A stretch of 64,000 nt of DNA from Candidatus Acidiferrales bacterium (GCA_963792145.1 CAWBVH010000052.1:33916-97915), one strand, 5' to 3'. Numbered from the stretch's first letter, positions 30,763 through 44,334 are shown. Made by a program: numbers and translations. The notes: generated by a model not told the origin, from the sequence alone.

Positions 30763-31308
30763 TTACGCTGCTCCAGCCTTCGCCCCAGCCTTGCCAGCCT
30801 TCTTCTTCAAGCGCTCGCCGGTAATCCGAACGCCCTTCTGCTTGTACGGGTCGGGCGGGCGGAGCGAACGAAGGTCCGCAGCCACCTGGCCGACTTGCGC
30901 TTTATCGGCGCCGCTGACGACAATGTGCGTCTGCTTGTCGATGGCGATCTGGATTCCCTCGGGAATCGAAAATTCTACCGGGTGGGACTTGCCGAGGGCA
31001 AAGGCCACGGATTTTCCCTTTACTTCCGCGCGGTAGCCGACGCCGACGATGTCCAACTCTTTCTTAAAGCCGTGGGTGACGCCCTGGACAGCGTTGGCCA
31101 GAAGCGCGCGCGCCAGTCCGTGGAGCGCGCGATGCTCTTCACTGGTGCGCACGGCCGTGAGCACGCCGTCTTTCTGCTCCAGCTTGATCACGCTGGGCAC
31201 GAGCACGCGCAGCTTCCCTTTGGGGCCTTGCACTTCGACCTTGCCGTCCGTGGTGTTAATCTTCACGCCGGCAGGCACTGGAATCGGTTTGCGACCAATA
31301 CGTGACAT
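30763..31308 (-). CDS. rplF: 50S ribosomal protein L6
   Basis: [29 protein letters not shown]. Confidence 0.98.
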   Translation of the reverse strand: MSRIGRKPIPVPAGVKINTTDGKVEVQGPKGKLRVLVPSVIKLEQKDGVLTAVRTSEEHRALHGLARALLANAVQGVTHGFKKELDIVGVGYRAEVKGKSVAFALGKSHPVEFSIPEGIQIAIDKQTHIVVSGADKAQVGQVAADLRSLRPPDPYKQKGVRITGERLKKKAGKAGAKAGAA

Positions 31309-31360
31309 CTTCTCTATCCTCGTCTCTCGAACTCGTTCACTGGCGCTTTGCCAAACACCA

Positions 31361-31759
31361 CTACCAAATCTCGCAAAGAATTTCGCCGCCCACGTTGGCC
31401 TTGCGCGCGGAACGGCCCGTCATCAAACCTCTCGGCGTGGTCAGGATGCTGATGCCCAGCCCGCCGACCACCGGCTTAATGTCCGTGGAACCGAGATAGC
31501 GGCGCTGTCCGGGTTTGGAGATGCGCTTCATCCCGGTAATCACGCTGCGGCGGTCCGGGGTGTACTTCAGGAAGACGCGGAGGGTTTTGCGCGTCTTGTT
31601 CTCGTCCACCATTTTATAGGTCGAGATGTAGCCCTCTTCCTTCAGGATGCGGGCGATCTCGGTCTTCAACTTCGACACGGGAACGTCCACCCGTTGGTGC
31701 TTTGCGGCACTCGCATTGCGAATGCGCGTCAAGAAATCTGCGATGGGATCCGTCTGCAT
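31361..31759 (-). CDS. rpsH: 30S ribosomal protein S8
   Basis: [34 protein letters not shown]. Confidence 0.98.
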   Translation of the reverse strand: MQTDPIADFLTRIRNASAAKHQRVDVPVSKLKTEIARILKEEGYISTYKMVDENKTRKTLRVFLKYTPDRRSVITGMKRISKPGQRRYLGSTDIKPVVGGLGISILTTPRGLMTGRSARKANVGGEILCEIW

Positions 31760-31766
31760 AACTCTC

Positions 31767-31952
31767 CTACCAGCTCGCTTTCGTCACTCCAGGAATTTCT
31801 CCCTTGAGCGCCATGCCGCGGAAACAGATACGGCACATCTGGAACTTGCGAATGTATCCGCGAGCGCGGCCACAGCAGCGGCAGCGATTGCGCACACGGA
31901 CCTTAAACTTGGGCTTCTTGAGCGTTTTGGCGATTTTTGCGGTGCGTGCCAT
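31767..31952 (-). CDS. rpsN: 30S ribosomal protein S14 (short zinc-binding type)
   Basis: 61 aa, RCRCCGR...[18 protein letters not shown]. Confidence 0.97.
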   Translation of the reverse strand: MARTAKIAKTLKKPKFKVRVRNRCRCCGRARGYIRKFQMCRICFRGMALKGEIPGVTKASW

Positions 31953-32510
31953 TTATTGTGCTGCTCCTTTTTCCCGCAACGGGAAACCGAGACCCTTCAG
32001 CAGTTCGCGGCCTTCCTCGTCGTTCCGCGCCGTGGTGGTCAAGGTGATGTTCATGCCCTTGATCTTGTCCACGCGCGTGTAGTCAATCTCCGGAAACACC
32101 AACTGATCCTTCAAGCCGAGCGTGTAGTTGCCGCGGCCGTCGAAGGCATTGGAGGGCAGCCCGCGGAAGTCGCGCACGCGGGGCAGCACCACGTTGCACA
32201 GGCGATCGAGAAATTCGTACATCTTTTCTCCGCGCAACGTTACGGCGCAGCCGATCGGCATGCCTTTGCGAATCTTGAAATTCGCGATGGACTTCTTGGC
32301 CTTGGTGATGACCGGCCTTTGCCCGGTGATCTGGCCAAGTTCCACGGCGGCGGTATCGAGCAGCTTGGCGTTCTGGCTGGCTTCGCCGAGACCAATGTTC
32401 AAAGTGATCTTGGAGAGCTTCGGCACGGCCATGATATTTTCCCAGCCAAAGCGCTTCATCAGCGCGGGTACCGTTTCCTTGCTGTATTTTTCGTGCATCC
32501 GACTCTTCAT
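31953..32510 (-). CDS. rplE: 50S ribosomal protein L5
   Basis: [37 protein letters not shown]. Confidence 0.98.
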   Translation of the reverse strand: MKSRMHEKYSKETVPALMKRFGWENIMAVPKLSKITLNIGLGEASQNAKLLDTAAVELGQITGQRPVITKAKKSIANFKIRKGMPIGCAVTLRGEKMYEFLDRLCNVVLPRVRDFRGLPSNAFDGRGNYTLGLKDQLVFPEIDYTRVDKIKGMNITLTTTARNDEEGRELLKGLGFPLREKGAAQ

Positions 32511-32531
32511 TCCCGTTGTCCTTCCGAAACT

Positions 32532-32882
32532 TTACTTATCCAGCGTGTTGCCGCAGCGCTTGCAGGAGCGTACCTTGCTGCCATCCGGCAGAACCTGCTT
32601 GCCGATGCGCGTGTGCTTGCCGCAGCTGGCGCAAACTACCTGCACGTTCGAGACGTTGATCGCGGCTTCCCGCTCCACGATTCCGCCCTTGATGTTCTTG
32701 GCCGGGTTCGGCCGTGTATGGCGCTTGATGATGTTCGCGTGTTCCACGATCACCGTGTTCTTCCGCGGGTTGACGGAGAGCACGCGCCCGTTCTTGCCCG
32801 CGTCGCGCCCGCTGATGATGCGGACATTGTCGCCCTTGCGGATGCTGATGATGTACCGCTTCACTTCCCGTGTCCGTGCCAT
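32532..32882 (-). CDS. rplX: 50S ribosomal protein L24
   Basis: IRKGDNV.II.GRD.GK.G, GGIVEREA.I.VSNV. Confidence 0.97.
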   Translation of the reverse strand: MARTREVKRYIISIRKGDNVRIISGRDAGKNGRVLSVNPRKNTVIVEHANIIKRHTRPNPAKNIKGGIVEREAAINVSNVQVVCASCGKHTRIGKQVLPDGSKVRSCKRCGNTLDK

Positions 32883-32885
32883 TGC

Positions 32886-33254
32886 TTACCAAACCTCCGG
32901 AGCCAGCGAAACGATTTTGGTGAACTTTTTTTCGCGGAGCTCTCTTGCCACCGGGCCAAAAACGCGCGTCCCGACGGGCTCGCCGGCATCGTCAATCAGC
33001 ACGGCGGCATTATCATCAAAGCGGATGTACGTGCCGTCTCTCCGCCGCTGTTCCTTGCGCATGCGCACGATCACGCACTTCACAACTTTGCCTTCTTTGA
33101 TCTGGCTTTCCGGCGTCGCTTCCTTCACCGACGCGGTGACAATGTCGCCCAGTCCCGCTTTCAAGCCCGCATCGCCACCGATAGGGAGAATGCACATGAG
33201 CTTTCGTGCTCCGGAATTGTCGGCAACCGTCAGCCAGGTTCGCATCTGAATCAT
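32886..33254 (-). CDS. rplN: 50S ribosomal protein L14
   Basis: MIQM...[32 protein letters not shown]. Confidence 0.99.
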   Translation of the reverse strand: MIQMRTWLTVADNSGARKLMCILPIGGDAGLKAGLGDIVTASVKEATPESQIKEGKVVKCVIVRMRKEQRRRDGTYIRFDDNAAVLIDDAGEPVGTRVFGPVARELREKKFTKIVSLAPEVW

Positions 33255-33272
33255 GATTCGGCTCCCCTGTCC

Positions 33273-33569
33273 TTACTTCTTGGCCGACGCGGACGGCGTC
33301 AGCACTTCTTTCAAGCGCCAGCGCTTCAGTCGCGAAAGCGGCCGCGAGGACACGATGCGTACGGTGTCGCCGAGCTTGGCTTCGCGCTTTTCGTCGTGCG
33401 CGTAAAACTTCTTGGAAATCTTCAGCACGCGGCGGTACTTCGGGTGCTGCACCAGCCGCTGCACTTCCACCACGATGGTCTTTTCCATTTTCGCGCTGGT
33501 GACTTTGCCGGTCAGCACGGTGCGATTGCCGCGGCTATTGTCCACCGCCGGTTGTGTTTCCGTTGTCAT
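33273..33569 (-). CDS. rpsQ: 30S ribosomal protein S17
   Basis: [23 protein letters not shown]...RPLS..KRW. Confidence 0.98.
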   Translation of the reverse strand: MTTETQPAVDNSRGNRTVLTGKVTSAKMEKTIVVEVQRLVQHPKYRRVLKISKKFYAHDEKREAKLGDTVRIVSSRPLSRLKRWRLKEVLTPSASAKK

Positions 33570-33799
33570 TACGCCTTACCTGCCTTCGCCGGTACTGCTT
33601 CGCCGGCCAGTTCCTGCGCGCGCAACAGTGTTTTCACCCGCGCGAGATCCTTTTTCGCTTCGCGGAGGCGCTTCAACGCTTCCGCTTGACCGGTGCTGAG
33701 CTGAAAGCGCAGCCGGAAAATCTGTTCGGTCAAGTCCTTCTCGCGCGCCGCCAGTTCGGTTGCGCCTTCTTCGCGAATCTTCTCAATACGCCGCGGCAT
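33569..33799 (-). CDS. rpmC: 50S ribosomal protein L29
   Basis: [20 protein letters not shown]. Position between rplP and rpsQ. Confidence 0.95.
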   Translation of the reverse strand: MPRRIEKIREEGATELAAREKDLTEQIFRLRFQLSTGQAEALKRLREAKKDLARVKTLLRAQELAGEAVPAKAGKA

Positions 33800-33801
33800 T
33801 G

Positions 33802-34218
33802 CTACAGTCCTCCCGTGCGAGACACAAATTTTGTGGGAATCGGCAGCTTGTGCGATGCCAGGCCCAGCGCTTGCCGCGCCGTGGCTTCGTCGATGCCCGC
33901 CATTTCAAACATGATGCGGCCGGGCTTCACCACGGCAACCCAACGTTCCGGAGCGCCTTTGCCCTTACCCATACGAGTTTCGGCGGGCTTCTTGGTGAAC
34001 GGCTTGTCCGGAAAAATGCGGATCCACAGTTTTCCGCCGCGCTTGATGAAGCGCGTAATCGCCACGCGCGACGCTTCAATCTGGCGGTCGGTGATCCACG
34101 CGTTTTCCATCGCTTTCAGCCCAAATTCACCGAAAGCCAGGCTTCCGCCGCGCCACGCCTTGCCTTTGCGGCGGCCGCGCTGCTGCTTTCTGTACTTCAC
34201 TTTCTTCGGCATCAACAT
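33802..34218 (-). CDS. rplP: 50S ribosomal protein L16
   Basis: [34 protein letters not shown]. Confidence 0.99.
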   Translation of the reverse strand: MLMPKKVKYRKQQRGRRKGKAWRGGSLAFGEFGLKAMENAWITDRQIEASRVAITRFIKRGGKLWIRIFPDKPFTKKPAETRMGKGKGAPERWVAVVKPGRIMFEMAGIDEATARQALGLASHKLPIPTKFVSRTGGL

Positions 34219-34264
34219 CGGTTTCTTCTTCTTTCCCGTTATCAGTAATCAGTCAAAAACTTCT

Positions 34265-34939
34265 CTACGCTGCGGCTATTGCTTCGGGCTTGTCATTCTC
34301 TCGCTTGTTGCGCTTGGGAATGTTTTCGCCCTGATAAATCCAGCACTTCACGCCAATGACGCCGTAGGTGGTGTTGGCTTCCGCGGTGCCGAAGTCGATG
34401 TCGGCGCGAAGCGTCTGCAGCGGCAAACGGCCCTGCAGGTACCACTCTTTGCGCGCGATTTCCGCGCCATTCAAACGCCCGGCGACACGCACCTTGATGC
34501 CCTTGCAACCAAAACGCAGCGCCGAGTCCACGGCTTTGCGCATGGCGCGGCGGAAGGCTACGCGCTTTTCCAGTTGCAGCGCGATGGATTCCGCCACCAG
34601 CGTGGCATCCAGCTCCGGGCGGTGCACTTCCACGATGTCAATGTGCACTTCGCGCTTGGTGCGCTTGCTGACTTCCTGCTTCAGCTTGTCGATTTCCGCG
34701 CCCTTGCGTCCGATGATGATTCCGGGACGCGCGGTGGCGATGCGCACAACCAGCTTGTTGGCTGCGCGCTCGATATCGATGGAGCTGACGCCCGCGCTCT
34801 TCAGCCGTTCCTTCAGCTCTTTGCGCAGCTTGACGTCTTCATGCAACAAGTCCGCGTAATCGCGGTCCGCATACCACCGCGACTTCCAGGGCTTGTTATA
34901 GCCAAGCCGAAATCCGTACGGGTGCGTTTTTTGTCCCAT
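34265..34939 (-). CDS. rpsC: 30S ribosomal protein S3
   Basis: [40 protein letters not shown]. True start ATG 34939. Confidence 0.98.
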   Translation of the reverse strand: MGQKTHPYGFRLGYNKPWKSRWYADRDYADLLHEDVKLRKELKERLKSAGVSSIDIERAANKLVVRIATARPGIIIGRKGAEIDKLKQEVSKRTKREVHIDIVEVHRPELDATLVAESIALQLEKRVAFRRAMRKAVDSALRFGCKGIKVRVAGRLNGAEIARKEWYLQGRLPLQTLRADIDFGTAEANTTYGVIGVKCWIYQGENIPKRNKRENDKPEAIAAA

Positions 34940-35448
34940 TACTTCTTTCCCTTCTTCCCGGCCTGCTGCTTTCCGGTTAGTGCCTTGCGCACACGACGCG
35001 CGGTTCCACGCACGCCCTTCTGCGCTTCCATTTCCGCCAGGTTCGCGGCAACACGTTCGGCCGCAGCGGTGTGGTGCTCCGCGACTCCTACCCAGATGTG
35101 CGAAGTGCGCTTCTGGTAACGGAACGCGCGGCCCATCGGCGCCGGACGCAACCGCTTCCATCGTCCGCCCTCGTTCACAAAACACTTGCTCACATAGAGC
35201 TGGTCGACATCCAGCGGCGCGCCGGAATCTTCGGCTTTGCGCTCCGCGTTCGCGATGGCGCTGCGCAGCACTTTTTCAATGTGCTTGGCGGCGCGCTTCG
35301 GCGTGTAACGAAGCGACTGCAACGCATCCTGCGCCTTCCGCCCGCGAATCAGGTCAATCACCAGGCGCATCTTCTGCGGCGACATGCGCACATGCCGCGC
35401 CAGTGCGTGAGCTTCAATCAATCCTGCGTGTGTCTGTGCGTCTGCCAT
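34939..35448 (-). CDS. rplV: 50S ribosomal protein L22 with ~47-aa C-terminal extension
   Basis: [27 protein letters not shown]...KRTSHI. Confidence 0.97.
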   Translation of the reverse strand: MADAQTHAGLIEAHALARHVRMSPQKMRLVIDLIRGRKAQDALQSLRYTPKRAAKHIEKVLRSAIANAERKAEDSGAPLDVDQLYVSKCFVNEGGRWKRLRPAPMGRAFRYQKRTSHIWVGVAEHHTAAAERVAANLAEMEAQKGVRGTARRVRKALTGKQQAGKKGKK

Positions 35449-35451
35449 AAC

Positions 35452-35790
35452 TTATGCCTTCGGCGCTGGTGCTGATGGCGCCGCGCCGCCTCCCGCTGCT
35501 GGAGCCGCACCGGCCGCCTTTTCCAGGGCTGCCTTCACCGAGTGGCCCTTGAACGAGCGCGTCGGCGCGAACTCTCCCAGCTTGTGCCCGATCATCTGCT
35601 CGGTCACATACACCGGGATAAATTTTCTGCCGTTATGCACGGCGATGGTGTGCCCGATCATATCCGGCACGATGGTCGAACGGCGCGACCACGTCTTCAC
35701 TACTTTCTTTTCGTTCCGCGCGTTCAGTCCTTCGACCTTGTCGCGCAGGTGGCCATCCACAAACGGCCCCTTTTTCAATGAGCGTGCCAT
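35452..35790 (-). CDS. rpsS: 30S ribosomal protein S19 with Ala/Gly/Pro tail
   Basis: [39 protein letters not shown]. Start ATG 35790. Confidence 0.98.
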   Translation of the reverse strand: MARSLKKGPFVDGHLRDKVEGLNARNEKKVVKTWSRRSTIVPDMIGHTIAVHNGRKFIPVYVTEQMIGHKLGEFAPTRSFKGHSVKAALEKAAGAAPAAGGGAAPSAPAPKA

Positions 35791-35797
35791 CGGTTCC

Positions 35798-36109
35798 CTA
35801 TTCCTCCACGCGGCGCAAACGGCCCCACTGGGCGTGCCGCATCTTTTTAAATCCACGCACCGGACCAGGCACTCGGTGCGACTTCGGACAGAACGGACAG
35901 ACAAATCGCGTGCCCAGCGCGTTCGGAGTGCGATCCACAATCACCGCCCAGCCGGGCTTGCACAGCTTGTACAGCATCGGCTCGAGTGGTACGACTACCT
36001 TCGCCGCAGGTTTGACAGCGGCCTTCGCCACCGTCCGCTTTACCGCTCGCTTCACAGGGCGCGTCCGGCGTCCCGCTCCGCGTGTTGCTCGTGTCCGTGT
36101 CGCTCGCAT
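35798..36109 (-). CDS. Unrecognised small basic protein (103 aa) inserted between rplB and rpsS
   Basis: Co-oriented with the S10 operon. GGAG before ATG 36109 (alternative ATG 36139). Stop 7 nt before rpsS ATG. Mostly G/C-ending codons in the C-terminal two-thirds. CPFCPKSH motif. Confidence 0.65.
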   Translation of the reverse strand: MRATRTRATRGAGRRTRPVKRAVKRTVAKAAVKPAAKVVVPLEPMLYKLCKPGWAVIVDRTPNALGTRFVCPFCPKSHRVPGPVRGFKKMRHAQWGRLRRVEE

Positions 36110-36210
36110 GTTCCCGCTCCACCCAGCCAGTTCTGCCATCGCCAGCCGGGATCTGCGTTCCTTGCTTCGTTTACCTTGGGCGCTCTCGTTCAGGATTACG
36201 CCCCGTCTGT

Positions 36211-36358
36211 CCAGTCGCCAGTTAGCAGTCGCCAGTTCTAAGTAACGGCTCTCGGAACTTAAAACTTAAGACTGAAACTTTCTCGCTTCACTACCATCCG
36301 ACTCTTGCTGTCCTTCTCAGATGCAAAACTGAAGACTTACAACTGAGAACTGAAAACT
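36211..36358. repeat. Largest heptamer array (between rplB and the inserted gene)
   Basis: mRNA sense AGTTTTC AGTTCTC AGTTGTA AGTCTTC AGTTTTG ... AGTCTTA AGTTTTA AGTTCCG ... ACTTAGA ACTGGCG ACTGCTA ACTGGCG ACTGG. Confidence 0.85.
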
Positions 36359-36362
36359 CGTT

Positions 36363-37181
36363 TTACTTGCGACGCTGCTCAATCATGCGTTCGGTGCGCT
36401 TGTTGTGCCGCGTCTTCTTTCCCAACGTCGGGAAAGCCCAAGGCGTTTGCGGGTGATTGCCCTTTACTTTGCCTTCACCACCACCGTGCGGGTGATCCAC
36501 AGGGTTCATAGCCACGCCGCGAACCGTCGGCTTCTTGCCGCGCCAACGCGTGCGGCCGGCCTTGCCGTACGTTTCGTTTTCGTGATCGAGATTGCCTACC
36601 TGGCCGACTGTCGCCATGCAGTCCAGTGAAAACTTGCGAACTTCGCCGGAAGGCATCTTGACGAGAGCCAGGTCGCCTTCTTTGCTGAGCAGTTGCGCGG
36701 CAGCACCCGCGGTGCGAACCGCCTGGCCTCCGCGGCCGGGATACAGCTCAAGATTGTGCACCATGGTGCCGGGAGGAATATTGCGGATCTTCAGGGCATT
36801 GCCAGGAAGGATGTCCGCGGTTTCGCCGGTCGAAACAGTGGCGCCAACTTCCAGGCCCACTGGGTGCAGGATGTAGCGCTTGTCGCCATCCGCGTAGTGC
36901 AGCAGAGCGATGTTGGCGCTGCGGTTCGGGTCGTACTCGATGGACGCAACCTTCGCGGGCACGCCGGTCTTGTCGCGGCGGAAATCCACGGTGCGGTACT
37001 GCTTCTTGTGTCCGCCGCCGCGATGCCAGATGACGATTTCGCCCTGATTGTTGCGGCCGCCCGAGCGCTTTTTCGGCTCGAGCAAGCTCTTTTCGGGCGT
37101 CTGCTTGGTGATGTGGCTCTTATCGAGCACCGTCATGAAGCGACGCGACGCGGTATATGGATTAAAACTCTTGAGTCCCAT
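36363..37181 (-). CDS. rplB: 50S ribosomal protein L2
   Basis: [43 protein letters not shown]. Confidence 0.99.
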   Translation of the reverse strand: MGLKSFNPYTASRRFMTVLDKSHITKQTPEKSLLEPKKRSGGRNNQGEIVIWHRGGGHKKQYRTVDFRRDKTGVPAKVASIEYDPNRSANIALLHYADGDKRYILHPVGLEVGATVSTGETADILPGNALKIRNIPPGTMVHNLELYPGRGGQAVRTAGAAAQLLSKEGDLALVKMPSGEVRKFSLDCMATVGQVGNLDHENETYGKAGRTRWRGKKPTVRGVAMNPVDHPHGGGEGKVKGNHPQTPWAFPTLGKKTRHNKRTERMIEQRRK

Positions 37182-37244
37182 CTCTGCCTCTACCTTCCAA
37201 ATCTTTCCGCCCCGTGGCGGCCCTTCCTCGTGATACCCAATTCC

Positions 37245-37541
37245 CTACAGATTCTCCGCGTACTCGATCATCTTCTCGCCCTCGGCGAGCTTGACGTACG
37301 CCTTCTTCCAATCGCGCCGGTACCCTTCGTTCTGCCCACGGCGGCGCATCTTCCCGTGGAAATTCGCCGTGCGCACATCCGAAACCTTCACTTTGAAGAT
37401 CTGCTGCACCGCTTCCTTGATCTCCGTCTTGGTAGCGGCCGCGGCAACTTCAAACACCACGGTGTGCTGCGTTTCCTTCACGCCGAGTCCCTTCTCGGTG
37501 ATGATGGGACGCCGGATAATCTGATAGTGAGGGGCTGCCAT
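37245..37541 (-). CDS. rplW: 50S ribosomal protein L23
   Basis: RPIITEK, FEV...ATK.EIK.AV..IF.VKV, WKKAYV.L. Confidence 0.98.
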   Translation of the reverse strand: MAAPHYQIIRRPIITEKGLGVKETQHTVVFEVAAAATKTEIKEAVQQIFKVKVSDVRTANFHGKMRRRGQNEGYRRDWKKAYVKLAEGEKMIEYAENL

Positions 37542-37544
37542 TGC

Positions 37545-38316
37545 TTATTCCTTCCCCTTCTTAGTGGCCGGCTTCTTCGCGGCTGCCGGCTTTTTTGTGG
37601 TCTTCGCTGCTGCCTTCGGCGCTGCTTCTTTCTTCGGAGCTGGCGCAGGGGCAATCGATTCCACGTGCGGCGCTTCGCACCGTCGGGCTATCCGGATCGA
37701 GTGCGCGAACCAGCCGCGCTACCGCATCCTTGGAAAGCACCAGCCGATCGTGGCGCAACACATCGTAGGGCTGAAGCGCGTTCGAAGCAGACAGCTTCAC
37801 ACCTTCCAGATTGCGGCTGGCGAGTTCCAGGTTGCGATTTTCGCCATTGGCCACCAGCAAGGTGGTCTTTTCCGCGTTCAACTTGCCCAACGCCAAACGC
37901 AAAGTCTTCGTCTTGTGGGTGTCGAGCGACCACGCTTCGACAACCGTCAACTTTTCTTCCGCAAGCTTCGCGGAAAGAGCCGAGCGCAGCGCGCCGAGCA
38001 ACATCTTCTTCGGCAACGCGTAGGCATAAGATCGCGGGCGAGGTCCGTGGACCGTGCCGCCATGGCGCCACAAGGGCGAACGGATCGAGCCGATGCGCGC
38101 GCGTCCCGTTCCCTTTTGCCGCCACAGCTTGCGGCCTGCGCCGCTGACTTCGCTCTTTTCCTTGGTCTTGTGCGTGCCGCGGCGCAAACTGTTCAGATAC
38201 CAGCGCGAAGCCTCGTGCAAAAGGTTCTGGTTCACTTCGGCGCCAAAGACCGCGTCCGCCAGTTCGACCTGGCCGACCTTTTCACCACTCAGATTGACTA
38301 CATCTACGACCGGCAT
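37545..38316 (-). CDS. rplD: 50S ribosomal protein L4 with Lys/Ala/Pro-rich tail; apparent +1 frameshift at ~37678 in the tail
   Basis: RGTHKTK, WRQKGTGRAR.GS.RSP.WR.GG..HGP. The alternative frame after ~37678 reads EAPHVESIAPAPAPKKEAAPKAAAKTTKKPAAAKKPATKKGKE* and stops 3 nt before the rplW ATG. Confidence 0.95.
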
Positions 38317-38381
38317 ATCTTTTTCTCTCTCAATCTTTCAGTTATCAGTCATCGCGATCAGTCAGTAACCGCAGATCCTTC

Positions 38382-39035
38382 TTACTTTGCTGCCTTCTTC
38401 GCCTTCAGCGCTTTGCGAATAAAAATGTATTGCCCGCTTGGCCCCGGAACCGATCCGCGAACCAGCAGCAGGTTCTCGTCCATGTCCACTTTGATCACTT
38501 TCAAGTTCTTTGCCGTCACCTTGGCATTTCCCATGTGCCCCGGGAAATGCTGGTTCTTCCACACGCGCGAGGGGAACGAACTGCCACCGATCCCGCCAGG
38601 CGCGCGATGAAACATGGAACCGTGGGTTGCGTCGCCGCCGGCATAGTGCCAGCGCTTCACGCCGCCCGCGAAACCGCGGCCCTTGCTGACGCCGCTGACA
38701 TCAACCAATTCGCCGGCCTTGAAATTCTCCACCAGCACGCGGTCGCCGACCTTCGTCTCGTCCTTCGATTCTCCAATGCGAACTTCCTGGAGAACCTTCA
38801 CCGGCGCAACGTTGGCCTTTTTGAAATGCCCAGTCATGGCCTTGTTCACGCGCTGCGGCTTGACGAATTCCACCAGGCCGAGCTGCGCGGCCTCGTAGCC
38901 GTCCTTCTCTTTCGTGCGCCGCTGCACCACAACGCAGGGACCCGCCTGAAGCACCGTGCAACCTACCAGGTTGCCGTCTTCAGCGAAGACTTGCGTCATG
39001 CCCAACTTGATTCCGATAATCCCGTCGACTGCCAT
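38382..39035 (-). CDS. rplC: 50S ribosomal protein L3
   Basis: G.KLGMTQVF, DGYEA.QLG, SKGRGFAG..KRW, HRAPG, PGHMG. Confidence 0.98.
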   Translation of the reverse strand: MAVDGIIGIKLGMTQVFAEDGNLVGCTVLQAGPCVVVQRRTKEKDGYEAAQLGLVEFVKPQRVNKAMTGHFKKANVAPVKVLQEVRIGESKDETKVGDRVLVENFKAGELVDVSGVSKGRGFAGGVKRWHYAGGDATHGSMFHRAPGGIGGSSFPSRVWKNQHFPGHMGNAKVTAKNLKVIKVDMDENLLLVRGSVPGPSGQYIFIRKALKAKKAAK

Positions 39036-39119
39036 TGTCTCGTCTCTCTCTTAGCAGCTTGCCGTTTCGGTATTGGCTGCGTGAAGCGTTGAAATTTTCC
39101 TACTACTCGATTCCCAGCC

Positions 39120-39449
39120 TTACTTGCTCGCGTGCCCGAACGCCTTGATCTCCACGTCCACGCCGGGAGGCAGATCGAGCTTCATCAGCGCGTCAACCGT
39201 GTCCGGAGTGGGTTCGAGGATGTCAATCAGCCGCTTGTGTGTGCGCATCTCAAACTGCTCACGCGATTTCTTGTCGACGTGAGGAGAACGCAGCACGGTC
39301 CAGCGATTGATAGTCGTCGGCAGAGGAATCGGCCCGGCAACATCCGCACCGGTCCGCTTGGCCGTCTCCACGATTTCCCGCGTGGATTGATCCAGAATTC
39401 TGTGATCGTAAGCCTTCAAACGAATTCGAATTTTATCGCCTTGTTTCAT
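39120..39449 (-). CDS. rpsJ: 30S ribosomal protein S10
   Basis: [37 protein letters not shown]. Confidence 0.99.
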   Translation of the reverse strand: MKQGDKIRIRLKAYDHRILDQSTREIVETAKRTGADVAGPIPLPTTINRWTVLRSPHVDKKSREQFEMRTHKRLIDILEPTPDTVDALMKLDLPPGVDVEIKAFGHASK

Positions 39450-39453
39450 AAAG

Positions 39454-40641
39454 TTACTCGATGATCTCCGTGACGGCGCCGGCGCCGACAGTGTGGCCGC
39501 CTTCGCGAATCGCGAAGCGCAACCCCTTCTCCAGCGCTACCGGCGTAATCAGCGTCACTTCGCAGCTTACGTTGTCTCCCGGCATCACCATTTCCACGCC
39601 TTGCGGCAGCTTCATGTCTCCCGTCACGTCCGTGGTGCGGAAATAAAACTGCGGACGGTAGCCCGAAAAGAACGGCGTATGCCGGCCGCCTTCTTCCTTC
39701 GTCAACACGTACGCTTCCGCCTTGAACTTCGTGTGCGGCGTGATCGAGCCCGGCTTGCACACCACTTGCCCGCGCTCTACATCGTCTTTTTCCGTGCCGC
39801 GCAACAGCAATCCCACGTTGTCGCCGGCAATCCCTTCGTCCAGCAACTTCTTGAACATCTCCACGCCCGTCACGACTTTCTTCTGCGTCGGACGGAAGCC
39901 CACGATCTCGATTTCTTCTCCGGTCTTCACCTTGCCGCGTTCGATTCTTCCGGTCACCACCGTGCCGCGCCCGGAAATCGAGAAAATGTCTTCGATGGGC
40001 ATGGCGAACGGGCGGTCCACATCGCGCACCGGCAGAGGCACATTCGCGTCCACCGCCGCCATCAACTCGTCAATCTTCTTTTCCCACTTTTCGTCGCCGT
40101 TCAGCGCCTGCAATGCCGAACCGCGAATCACCGGTACCGAATCGCCGGGAAATTGATAGCTCTTCAGCAATTCGCGTACTTCCAGTTCCACCAGTTCCAG
40201 CAACTCCGCGTCTTCCACCATGTCGCACTTGTTCAGGAAGACCACGATGTACGGCACACCGACCTGACGAGCCAGCAAAATGTGCTCGCGCGTCTGCGGC
40301 ATCGGTCCGTCAGTCGCCGCTACCACCAGGATCGCGCCATCCATCTGCGCCGCGCCGGTGATCATGTTCTTGATGTAGTCGGCGTGCCCCGGGCAATCCA
40401 TGTGCGCGTAGTGCCGGTTGGGCGTTTCGTACTCCACGTGCGAAACGGCAATGGTGATGCCGCGCTCGCGCTCTTCCGGAGCATTGTCAATCGTGTCGAA
40501 CGCGCGGAACTGCACCTTGGGATTGTGCTTCGCCAATACCTTGGTAATCGCCGCCGTCAACGTCGTCTTGCCGTGGTCAATGTGACCAATCGTCCCGATG
40601 TTCACGTGCGGCTTGGTGCGCTCAAATTTTTCCTTCGCCAT
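39454..40641 (-). CDS. tuf: Elongation factor Tu
   Basis: [48 protein letters not shown]. Confidence 0.99.
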   Translation of the reverse strand: MAKEKFERTKPHVNIGTIGHIDHGKTTLTAAITKVLAKHNPKVQFRAFDTIDNAPEERERGITIAVSHVEYETPNRHYAHMDCPGHADYIKNMITGAAQMDGAILVVAATDGPMPQTREHILLARQVGVPYIVVFLNKCDMVEDAELLELVELEVRELLKSYQFPGDSVPVIRGSALQALNGDEKWEKKIDELMAAVDANVPLPVRDVDRPFAMPIEDIFSISGRGTVVTGRIERGKVKTGEEIEIVGFRPTQKKVVTGVEMFKKLLDEGIAGDNVGLLLRGTEKDDVERGQVVCKPGSITPHTKFKAEAYVLTKEEGGRHTPFFSGYRPQFYFRTTDVTGDMKLPQGVEMVMPGDNVSCEVTLITPVALEKGLRFAIREGGHTVGAGAVTEIIE

Positions 40642-40692
40642 TTGCTTCTTCAGCTCCTCACTCGATATCCAGCAAAAACAAAATCCGTTTCG

Positions 40693-42951
<2,259 letters not shown>

Positions 42952-43024
42952 GTTCCCTTGAACAGCCCTTTTCTCCCCTGATCGCGTTGCAACTGCTTCC
43001 GTCACGTTAAACCTGCTCCCTGTC

Positions 43025-43501
<477 letters not shown>

Positions 43502-43512
43502 TCATCGCTCCT

Positions 43513-43562
43513 AAAACTTCTTACTTCTTACTTGAAACTTATTACTAACAACTGCGAAACTG
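43513..43562. repeat. Heptamer array (rpsL-rpsG junction)
   Basis: AAACTTC TTACTTC TTACTTG AAACTTA TTACTAA CAACTGC GAAACTG. Confidence 0.8.
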
Positions 43563-43564
43563 TT

Positions 43565-43954
43565 TTACTTCGCCGCCGCGCCGGCTTTTGGCCGCTTCGC
43601 GCCGTATTTCGAACGCCCCTGCTTGCGATTTTCCACGCCCGCCGCGTCCAGGGTTCCACGAACGATGTGATAGCGCACGCCAGGCAGATCCTTCACACGG
43701 CCGCCGCGCACCAGCACGATGGAGTGCTCCTGCAAGTTGTGGCCGATTCCGGGAATGTAGGTGGTGACTTCCACGGAGTTCGTCAAGCGAACGCGCGCCA
43801 CCTTCCGCAAAGCGGAGTTCGGCTTCTTCGGCGTCTGGGTGTACACGCGAATGCACACTCCACGCTTTTCCGGGCAGCCCGCCAAAGCAGGCGACTTGGT
43901 CTTCGTCAGGACCCCTTCTCGACCCATGCGTACAAGTTGCGAAAACGTCGGCAC
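43565..43954 (-). CDS. rpsL: 30S ribosomal protein S12
   Basis: [39 protein letters not shown] start. Confidence 0.99.
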   Translation of the reverse strand: MPTFSQLVRMGREGVLTKTKSPALAGCPEKRGVCIRVYTQTPKKPNSALRKVARVRLTNSVEVTTYIPGIGHNLQEHSIVLVRGGRVKDLPGVRYHIVRGTLDAAGVENRKQGRSKYGAKRPKAGAAAK

Positions 43955-44334
43955 AGTATTTCCTCTTTTTCCTTCGGTGTATCGCGAGAACTAAGAGCGA
44001 AGCGAAGTCACCGCACATTGCGCGCACAAATTGGCGTGGCTCACGCGGCGCGCAGAGAAAAGCGCGAGAGCACACAAAGGTGCTGAAAGGTTCCCTGCGA
44101 CTCCGGAGATACCAGCAAGAGACTCCGCACGCACTCCAAGAGGCAAACGTTCCGCTCTTGGTTCCGAATCGGAGAGGCTTACTCGGCTTTTCGGGGCTGG
44201 CGCCCCATTCCGGCCGCTCTTCTGTCCCATTCCGTCGATCTTTGTTCCGGGACTGAAGAATTCCCTTCCAACCAACCACCCCGAACTACGAGGCGGCCGC
44301 ACTGCTTGGGGAAAAATCCCCTGACAAAACACAA

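Noticed and set aside
36211-36358. Heptamer arrays as CRISPR
   Set aside because: 7-nt degenerate units without unique spacers, and no cas genes.
37660-37700. Programmed frameshift in rplD
   Set aside because: No slippery heptamer, and it matches the window-wide pattern of single extra bases.
43680-43840. Streptomycin-resistance substitutions in S12
   Set aside because: TPKKPNS and RVKDLP are wild-type.
43545-44332. ORFs 43545-44279 and 43991-44332 in the rpsL leader
   Set aside because: No recognisable protein, poor starts, and the first overlaps rpsL out of frame.
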